From positions 44 through 64,043 of the forward strand of contig CAYIDD010000005.1 in assembly GCA_964362175.1 (NCBI GenBank): DNA of 64,000 bases, written 5' to 3'. Both the position numbers and the translations under genes were made by a program. Below are positions 57,615 through 64,000 of this stretch, piece after piece; the stretch's first letter is position 1, and every line of letters starts with the position of its first letter. The DNA comes from an uncultured Candidatus Saccharibacteria bacterium. GTDB taxonomy: Bacteria > Patescibacteriota > Minisyncoccia > Phycocordibacterales > UBA2100. Below the pieces are notes generated by a model, which saw nothing but the letters and a program-made list of their open reading frames with translations, was not told where the DNA came from and did no database searches.

Positions 57615-59158
57615 GTCCTCCCCGTTTTTTTTGCCTCCATCGCGGCAAGTTCGGCGCGGATGTGTTTTTTCGCCATACTGGTCTTTGCGATATCGTGCCA
57701 CTTGCGTGAAGGCTTTGCCGAAGGCTTGGTGATGATCTCGACCGTGTCGCCATTTCGGAGCGCTGTTTCGAGGGAGACCATTTTTCCGTTCACGCGCGCG
57801 CCCGACATTCTGTTGCCGAGGTCTGAGTGGACCGCGTATGCGAAATCGATGGGTGTCGCGGAGATCGGCAGGTCAATGACATCGCCCTTGGGGGTGAAGG
57901 TGAAAACGCGATGACTGAAGAAATCGGACCTAAGCGTATCGAGGTACTCCTCTGACTGTTGATCCCCATGGTGCGCATGGGCCAGTTCCTGCAGCCATTC
58001 GGGCACACTTTCTTTCACTGTCGTATCGGTCTGTGTGGTGCTTCCCCGCAGACGGGGAAAGAATTGGCGGATCCACTCGAGTCCGCGCTTGCTTTCGGCA
58101 CTCCCGCCTTGCATCTCCTTGTAACTCAGGTGCGAGGCAATGCCGTAGAGCGCCTCCCGATGCATGGCCTCCGTACGCAACTGCATCTCGAGGGCGCTCC
58201 CGTCACCCGTATAGACGGTCGTATGGATACTTTGATAGCCATTCGGCTTCGGGAATGCGATGTAGTCTTTGATCTTTCCCGGCACCGGTCGCCAGTGGGC
58301 ATGAATGACGCCGAGCGCCGAATAGCAATCGGCAACGGTGGAAAAAATAACGCGGAGCGCGAGGATGTCGTATATCTTGTCGATGTCCCAATCCTTCCGC
58401 CCCAACTTGAGGTAGAGGCTGTACATGCCCTTGATGCGCGCTTCGGTACGGAACGTGCGGATGCCCGCATCGCCCAATTCACGCTTCATATCTTTTTCCA
58501 CTTTTTCAAGTCGCCTCTCATTCTCCTTTTTACGCTCTTTCAAAAGTTCGCGCGTCTTTTCGTATTCTTTGGGAAGCGCATAGGGGAACGCCGCATCTTC
58601 CAACTCCTGCTTCGCGACGCTCATACCGAGCCGGTCGGCGATGGGCGCATAGATTTCCAGCGTTTCCTCTGCAATGCGCGTGCGCTTCTCCATGCGCGGC
58701 ACGTGCTCAAGGGTGCGCGCATTGTGGAGGCGGTCCATCAGTTTGATGATGAGGACGCGGATGTCTTTCGCGGTCGCCGCGAAAAGTTTGCGTAGAGATT
58801 CGGTGTGACGCTCAAGACCCCGATAGCGCAGCGTTCCCAATTTCGTCACGCCCTCTACCAGCGAAAGTACCTCGGTTCCGAATTGCTCTTCTATCATGCT
58901 CGGCTTGATGCCGGCGTCTTCTATCGTGTCATGCAAAAGCCCCGCCGCGATCGCGCGGCTATCCATCCCCGCTTCGGCGAGCAGGTATCCCACCTCCGCC
59001 GGGTGAGTGAAGTACGGATCTCCCGAATACCGTTTTTGCTCCTTGTGGGCGTCTTTCGAAAGCTCGTACGCTTTTGTGACCAATGCCACATCAGCGTCGA
59101 GCTTGCCCGACATCGCGGCGAGTATCTCGGAAAGGGGGCGGGGATTGGCGGGACCCAT
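57611..59158 (-). CDS. Rel/SpoT-family (p)ppGpp synthetase/hydrolase (HD + synthetase + TGS; ACT domain apparently absent)
   Basis: HD motif LLHDTIEDAG. Synthetase region ...GYQSIHTTV.... TGS VFTFTPKGDVIDLP. Start placed at MGPANPRPL. Confidence 0.85.
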   Translation of the reverse strand: MGPANPRPLSEILAAMSGKLDADVALVTKAYELSKDAHKEQKRYSGDPYFTHPAEVGYLLAEAGMDSRAIAAGLLHDTIEDAGIKPSMIEEQFGTEVLSLVEGVTKLGTLRYRGLERHTESLRKLFAATAKDIRVLIIKLMDRLHNARTLEHVPRMEKRTRIAEETLEIYAPIADRLGMSVAKQELEDAAFPYALPKEYEKTRELLKERKKENERRLEKVEKDMKRELGDAGIRTFRTEARIKGMYSLYLKLGRKDWDIDKIYDILALRVIFSTVADCYSALGVIHAHWRPVPGKIKDYIAFPKPNGYQSIHTTVYTGDGSALEMQLRTEAMHREALYGIASHLSYKEMQGGSAESKRGLEWIRQFFPRLRGSTTQTDTTVKESVPEWLQELAHAHHGDQQSEEYLDTLRSDFFSHRVFTFTPKGDVIDLPISATPIDFAYAVHSDLGNRMSGARVNGKMVSLETALRNGDTVEIITKPSAKPSRKWHDIAKTSMAKKHIRAELAAMEAKKTGRT

Positions 59159-59216
59159 ATAGGGGGATAATACTGCGTGCCGGCGTGTTGGCAACCGCAC
59201 ACAGAAAAAGGCCGCG

Positions 59217-61388
59217 CTACTTTGACGCTTTCAACTTGTGCGGGTTGTGATTCGGACAGGTCTTGTTGGAACAACGTTCGGGGATCGTTTTCGTGCCCTC
59301 CATCATGAGCGAGCCGCACATGTCGCACATCTTTCCGGTAGGCCGCGCCTTGATGGCGTTTTTGCATTCGGGATAATTCGAGCAGGAAAAGAAGATGCCA
59401 AATCGTCCGCGACGCTCTATCATCTCCCCCTTTTTGCATGTGGGGCAGGTAACGCCGGTCTTTCCTTTTGCCTCTTCGATCGGATCCTTCCGCACGTATT
59501 TGCACTTCGGGTAATTCGAGCAGGCGATGAATCTGCCAAAACGCCCCTCCCGTTCCATCAGTTTTCCGTCTTTGCACTCCGGACACGCTTCGCCAATATC
59601 TTTAGGTGGCGCGATCTCGCTGCCATCCTCTTTTCGAGCGCCGAGGCATGTGGGGAAATTTGCACAACTCATAAAGCGTCCCGTCTTTGAAAGCTTGTAT
59701 ACCATCGGACCGCCACAGAGCGGGCAGAGGAATTCTTTCGGTACATCGCCCATATTGGTAATTTTTTCTATTTTGTTCTTGCTTTTAATCGCTTTGTTGA
59801 AGGGGCCGTAAAAATCCTTGAGCGTTTTTTCGTATTTGCGTTTTCCCTCGGCGATCTCGTCGAGCTCATTCTCCATTTCCGCGGTGAAGGTGTCGCTGAT
59901 GTATTCGGCGAAATTTCCCTCGATAAATGTAGAAACGACGTCGCCGGTCGCTGTGGGAAGAAGCGTGCGCCCCTGTTTTTCCACATACCCGCGGGTTTCA
60001 AGCGTGCGGATAATGGCGGCGTAGGTGGAAGGGCGGCCGATGCCGCGCTTTTCAAGCTCCTTCACAAGCCCTGCCTCCGAGTAGCGAGCGGGTGGTTGTG
60101 TTTGTTTTTCTTCGGATCGGGCCTCAACCAGCGCAAGCGCCTCGTCCCTCTCAACCTTTGGAAGCTGTACATCCTCTCCCCGTGCATCGGGGTCGGCCGC
60201 AAGCCACCCATCGAAGATCACACGCGAACCATTCGCAGCAAAATCGGGAATGGATGATCCGGAGACGTTCGCAAATACCTTTGTGCGCAGCATGCGTGCA
60301 TCGGCCATCTGGCTTGCGAGCGCGCGAGCGCATATCAATTGATAGAGTTTTTTCTGCTCTTCATTGTGACCAGCGCTGTGTTTCGTGGGGTCAGTGGGGC
60401 GTACCGCCTCGTGCGCCTCCTGTGCGCTCTTGCTTTTGGTCTTATATACGCGCGGAACAGCGTACTTCTCACCAAATTCGCTGCTCACCGCCGCAATGAG
60501 TGCCTCTTGCGCCTCTTTCGCGAGATTGGTGCTGTCGGTGCGCATGTACGTGATATAACCGGATTCGTAGAGTTTTTGCGCGATGCCCATCGTGCGCGAA
60601 GGTGAAAAGCCAAGGCGCGTTGAAGCGGCCTGTTGCAGGGTCGAGGTCGTGAAAGGTGCGCGCGGGGAACGGGCCTGCTCAGACTCTTCAACATCCTTGA
60701 CCTCCCACGATCCGCTTTGTGCCGCTTTCAAAATGCGCTCCGCCTCGCTCTCAGTTTTCGGCTCTTCCGTGCAAGTGACCGTAAACCGTTCGTTCTTTTT
60801 TGTCTTTACGTCCGCGCTTACCACCCAGAAATTTTCCGGAACGAACGCGCGTATCTCCCGTTCGCGTTCCATGAGGATCCGAAGCGCGGGAGATTGTACG
60901 CGGCCAGCCGAGAGTCCATAGCGCACTTTTTTCCAGATGAGACCCGAGAGGTCGTAGCCGAAAAGTCGGTCCAGGACGCGCCGTGCTTCCTGTGCCCGTA
61001 CGAGCTCCACATCTATCTTTCGGGGATGGGCGAGCGCTTCCTGAACGGCCTTCTCGGTGATCTCATGAAATACGATACGTTTTGGTTTTTTGAGCCCGAT
61101 CGTTTCCGCCAAATGCCATGCAATAGCCTCGCCTTCGCGATCGGGGTCGGTCGCGAGAATGACCTCGTCGGCACGTTTCGCGACCGTGTGGAGCTCATCG
61201 ATGATCTTCTGCTTCTCCTTTACGATGAGGTAGCGGGGTACAAATCCCGCCGCCACGTCGACGGCGTCTTTGTTGCTTTTGGGGAGATCGCGAACGTGGC
61301 CCACCGATGCGCGCACGGTAAAACCCTTACCGAGATATTTCTCGATGGTCTTCGCTTTCGCTGGCGATTCAACAATTACAAGCTTCAT
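59217..61388 (-). CDS. topA: DNA topoisomerase I
   Basis: MKLVIVESPAKAKTIEKYLG Toprim start. Active-site Tyr region. Three C-terminal C4 zinc ribbons. Confidence 0.9.
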   Translation of the reverse strand: MKLVIVESPAKAKTIEKYLGKGFTVRASVGHVRDLPKSNKDAVDVAAGFVPRYLIVKEKQKIIDELHTVAKRADEVILATDPDREGEAIAWHLAETIGLKKPKRIVFHEITEKAVQEALAHPRKIDVELVRAQEARRVLDRLFGYDLSGLIWKKVRYGLSAGRVQSPALRILMEREREIRAFVPENFWVVSADVKTKKNERFTVTCTEEPKTESEAERILKAAQSGSWEVKDVEESEQARSPRAPFTTSTLQQAASTRLGFSPSRTMGIAQKLYESGYITYMRTDSTNLAKEAQEALIAAVSSEFGEKYAVPRVYKTKSKSAQEAHEAVRPTDPTKHSAGHNEEQKKLYQLICARALASQMADARMLRTKVFANVSGSSIPDFAANGSRVIFDGWLAADPDARGEDVQLPKVERDEALALVEARSEEKQTQPPARYSEAGLVKELEKRGIGRPSTYAAIIRTLETRGYVEKQGRTLLPTATGDVVSTFIEGNFAEYISDTFTAEMENELDEIAEGKRKYEKTLKDFYGPFNKAIKSKNKIEKITNMGDVPKEFLCPLCGGPMVYKLSKTGRFMSCANFPTCLGARKEDGSEIAPPKDIGEACPECKDGKLMEREGRFGRFIACSNYPKCKYVRKDPIEEAKGKTGVTCPTCKKGEMIERRGRFGIFFSCSNYPECKNAIKARPTGKMCDMCGSLMMEGTKTIPERCSNKTCPNHNPHKLKASK

Positions 61389-61453
61389 ACAAGTCCGCAT
61401 TGATATCCCAACAGCCTAGCACGTGTCAAGCGCTGTTGTCCGAGGAGGCAAGT

Positions 61454-62320
61454 TTATCGAACTCTCACCACTCCCAATTCTTCTACGATCAACCCTTTAA
61501 TTTCCATCGTCGAAAGCAGCACATTTGCCTCGGTGATGGGGAGGTCAAGTGATGAAATGAGCTCGTCGCGCGGTACCGGAGAGTGAATGATCTCGAAGAC
61601 CCGAAGTTCATCTTCAGACAGATCGTCGCGTAATTCTGAAAGCGACATCGGGCCCTCCCGCTTGGTGATCCCAAGCGCAATTAAAATATCTTCAGGCGAT
61701 GTAACGGCGGTCGCACCGAGCCGGAGGAATTGGTGCGTGCCCTTGCTCTCGGCACTGAAGATGGAGCCGGGGACGACGAGGAGGTCGCGATTGTATTCGG
61801 TCACGAGCTTCGCAGTAATGAGGGAGCCGGATTTTTCTTTTGCTTCAATAATAAGCGTCGCGTGTGATAGCCCCGCCATAATGCGATTGCGTTGGGGGAA
61901 CGTATAGTCAGCCGCTCTTTGGTCAGGCTTGAACTCCGAAAGGAGCGCGCCATCGGCCTTCAGTATTTCGCGTGCGAGTCCCACATTCGCTTTTGGATAA
62001 AGCACATTCCAATCCAAGCCGGAACCGGGTACTGCGATTGTCGTAAGGCCCGCATCAAGCGCGCAACGATGGGCCTCTGCGTCCACCCCATAGGCGAGTC
62101 CGGAGACGACAACGACGGGGTAGCCCCGCAGACCCCCTATCAAATGATGGCAGGCCTGTTTGCCGTAGGTCGTCATCGCGCGGCTCCCAACGACGGCGAG
62201 CCATTTGTGCTCGAAGCGTGGCATTGTTCCGCGAAGGTACAGCTGCTTTGGCGCATCAGGAATTTCCCGCAGGAGCGGGGGAAAGTCAGCGGGAGCAAGG
62301 AGTTTGAGGTCGTCTTCCAT
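61454..62320 (-). CDS. dprA: DNA-processing protein DprA (SMF family)
   Basis: ...VVGSRAMTTYGKQ...VVVSGLAYGVDAEAHRCALDAGLTTIAVPGSGLD... Rossmann-like DprA core. Confidence 0.8.
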   Translation of the reverse strand: MEDDLKLLAPADFPPLLREIPDAPKQLYLRGTMPRFEHKWLAVVGSRAMTTYGKQACHHLIGGLRGYPVVVVSGLAYGVDAEAHRCALDAGLTTIAVPGSGLDWNVLYPKANVGLAREILKADGALLSEFKPDQRAADYTFPQRNRIMAGLSHATLIIEAKEKSGSLITAKLVTEYNRDLLVVPGSIFSAESKGTHQFLRLGATAVTSPEDILIALGITKREGPMSLSELRDDLSEDELRVFEIIHSPVPRDELISSLDLPITEANVLLSTMEIKGLIVEELGVVRVR

Positions 62321-62340
62321 AGTGGTATGATTTTACCATC

Positions 62341-63615
62341 ATGTTAGACATCAAATTCATCCGAGAGAATAAGGATATTGTCATCGCGGGTGCGAAGAAG
62401 AAACACATCGAAGTTGATATCGAGAGGCTCATCGCGGTAGACGACAAGCGGCGGGAGCTCCAACTCTCCGTAGATCAAAAGCGCGCCGAACAGAACACGG
62501 CGTCGAATGCCATTGCCTCCGCTAAGACCGACGATGAGCGAAGGGAGGTCATCACCCGCATGCAGGGCGTGAAAGAGACGCTGCGTCTCGAGGAGGAGTC
62601 GATGCAGGACGTTATGAAAGAGTGGCGGGCGCTGATGGTGCAGGTGCCCAATGTGCCCGATATGTCTGTGCCGGATGGCGCATCGGATGCCGACAATCAA
62701 GAAGTGCGGACATGGGGGGAGGCGACGAGATTTGATTTCGAGCCAAAAACCCACTCGGAGCTACTCCTCATGCATGACATGGCCGATTATGAACGAGGGG
62801 CGAAGGTCGCGGGATTTCGCGGCTATTTTTTGAAAGACGACGGGGCACGATTGGTGTGGGCGCTTGAGCGTTTTGTGCAAGACAGATTCATGTCACGCGC
62901 GGGATTCACGCCGATGATCGTCCCGTCGCTCGTGCGTCGCGAGTCATTCGTCGGTACCGGATACCTGCCGCAAAGTGAGGACGACCTCTACAAAACGCAG
63001 GATGGGGAATACCTCGCGGGCACCGCGGAGGTTGCCTCGATGGGTCTCTATATGGAGGAAATTCTCGACAAAAAAGACCTGCCTATCAAATTTTTCGCAT
63101 TTTCACCATGCTTCCGGCGCGAAGCGGGGAGTCACGGGAAAGACACGAAGGGAATTTTCCGCATTCATGAGTTCGTAAAATACGAGCAAGTGGTGCTCTG
63201 CGAGGCGAGCCACGAAGAGTCGGTGAAATATCATGAAGAGCTCACGGCAAATTCCGAAGCGCTGCTACAGGAGCTGAAATTGCCGTATCGGGTCGTCGTG
63301 AATTGCGGGGGAGACCTCGGGTTGGGGCAGGTGAAAAAGTACGACATTGAGGCGTGGATGCCGAGCGAAAAACGATATCGGGAGACGCACTCGTCGTCAT
63401 ATTTTCACGACTTCCAAACACGTCGTTTGAACATTCGCTACCGTGGAGACGACGGAACGATCCGGTACGTTCACTCTCTTAACAACACAGCGCTCGCGAT
63501 GCCCCGCATACTCTGTCAGATCGTGGAAAACAATCAGCGCGCCGACGGTTCGATCACTATCCCTGCGGTACTCCAGGGCTACATGGGTAAAGATGTCATT
63601 GGGAAGACTCGTTGA
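62341..63615 (+). CDS. serS: seryl-tRNA synthetase
   Basis: N-terminal coiled coil. Class II motifs ...FSPCFRREAGSHGKDTKGIFRIHEF... and GDLGLGQ.... Confidence 0.9.
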   Translation: MLDIKFIRENKDIVIAGAKKKHIEVDIERLIAVDDKRRELQLSVDQKRAEQNTASNAIASAKTDDERREVITRMQGVKETLRLEEESMQDVMKEWRALMVQVPNVPDMSVPDGASDADNQEVRTWGEATRFDFEPKTHSELLLMHDMADYERGAKVAGFRGYFLKDDGARLVWALERFVQDRFMSRAGFTPMIVPSLVRRESFVGTGYLPQSEDDLYKTQDGEYLAGTAEVASMGLYMEEILDKKDLPIKFFAFSPCFRREAGSHGKDTKGIFRIHEFVKYEQVVLCEASHEESVKYHEELTANSEALLQELKLPYRVVVNCGGDLGLGQVKKYDIEAWMPSEKRYRETHSSSYFHDFQTRRLNIRYRGDDGTIRYVHSLNNTALAMPRILCQIVENNQRADGSITIPAVLQGYMGKDVIGKTR

Positions 63616-63655
63616 TCTGCGTCCGGGTAAGAGGGACAAACATGCTTCGCGGACA

Positions 63656-64000
63656 TTGCGGACACTTCCGGTACGTTCGTCTCGCGCACCGGGGGGTTCA
63701 CAGCGACCCCCCTCTCTTCGCGCGAGACGACGGAAAGCCCGCATACTCGTGGCGCTCGGCGCACTGCTTCTTTTTTCGGGTCTTGTGTATGCGGTCAGTT
63801 GGGCGTCGTACCTCCCGTACGTATCCGTACATTCAATTGTGGTCGTTGGCGCCAAGGAAGTTCCCGCGAATATGATCCAACGCCAAGCAGAAACCGTTCT
63901 CAACGACGGCTCTCGCCACTTTTTCTCGCGCACCAACATCTTCATCTATCCGCGCGCGGTGATCGAAAAATCGATCGAGAGTTTTTTCCCCCGCATTGAG
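63656..64000 (+). CDS. FtsQ/DivIB-like cell division protein (N-terminal part; continues beyond window; start codon uncertain)
   Basis: Frame 2 reads ...RRRKARILVALGALLLFSGLVYAVSWASYLPYVSVHSIVVVGAKEVPANMIQRQAETVLNDGSRHFFSRTNIFIYPRAVIEKSIESFFPRIE. That is a basic tail, a TM helix and a POTRA-like region. It is open to nt 64000. No in-frame ATG; TTG at 63656 is possible. Confidence 0.35.
   Translation, partial: MRTLPVRSSRAPGGSQRPPSLRARRRKARILVALGALLLFSGLVYAVSWASYLPYVSVHSIVVVGAKEVPANMIQRQAETVLNDGSRHFFSRTNIFIYPRAVIEKSIESFFPRIE

Noticed and set aside
57959-58795. 278-aa ORF on the + strand
   Set aside because: It is antisense to the Rel/SpoT gene, which has HD, synthetase and TGS motifs.
63612-63875. 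87-aa frame-3 ORF after serS
   Set aside because: Arg/His/Phe-rich junk translation. The overlapping frame 2 gives a coherent TM plus POTRA-like FtsQ N-terminus and stays open to the window end.
1-64000. CRISPR arrays and rRNA genes
   Set aside because: No regularly spaced short direct repeats and no 16S/23S/5S-like conserved stretches were seen. The Cas2-like fold at 22272-22862 is attributed to a PaaX-type regulator.

Overview
This 64 kb window is gene-dense bacterial chromosome, moderately GC-rich, carrying housekeeping genes on both strands: tsaC (5' partial), alkA-like, folE, pyrF, pyrE, purH-like, trxB, ftsZ, ftsA, ybeY, rpsU, lepB, pth, rpsA, gyrA, rbfA, infB, a cysteine desulfurase, clpB, rpmG, miaA, apbE, parB, a rel/spoT homolog, topA, dprA, serS and the 5' part of an ftsQ-like gene. 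Nine tRNA genes were found by hand-folding: Glu-TTC, Ser-CGA, Leu-TAG, Lys-CTT, Leu-TAA, Cys-GCA, Tyr-GTA, Trp-CCA and Leu-CAA. Two lower-GC islands (about 2429-7703 and 33804-41017) look like integrated mobile elements. Each sits at a tRNA gene (tRNA-Glu, tRNA-Lys), is bounded by a direct repeat containing the tRNA 3' end, and encodes a large serine recombinase whose ORF runs antisense into the tRNA. Each also carries a copy of a roughly 170-190 nt structured element whose long stem covaries between the two copies. The second element carries a two-gene cassette that resembles a Hachiman (HamA-like PD-(D/E)xK protein plus DExH helicase) defence system. Its attL side carries a start-less homolog of the recombinase 3' end. 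Other points of interest are a tandem array of five paralogous small two-TM secreted proteins (a sixth lies elsewhere), short tRNA 3'-end duplications with 125-150 bp inserts next to tRNA-Leu(TAA) and tRNA-Trp, a PaaX-like regulator flanked by two 38-bp palindromes, a possible structured RNA at about 10.2-10.45 kb, and an ApbE/FMN-binding/NAD(P)H-oxidoreductase/membrane-protein cluster. No rRNA or CRISPR array was seen. All calls rest on reading the translations and hand-folding; no database search was possible.
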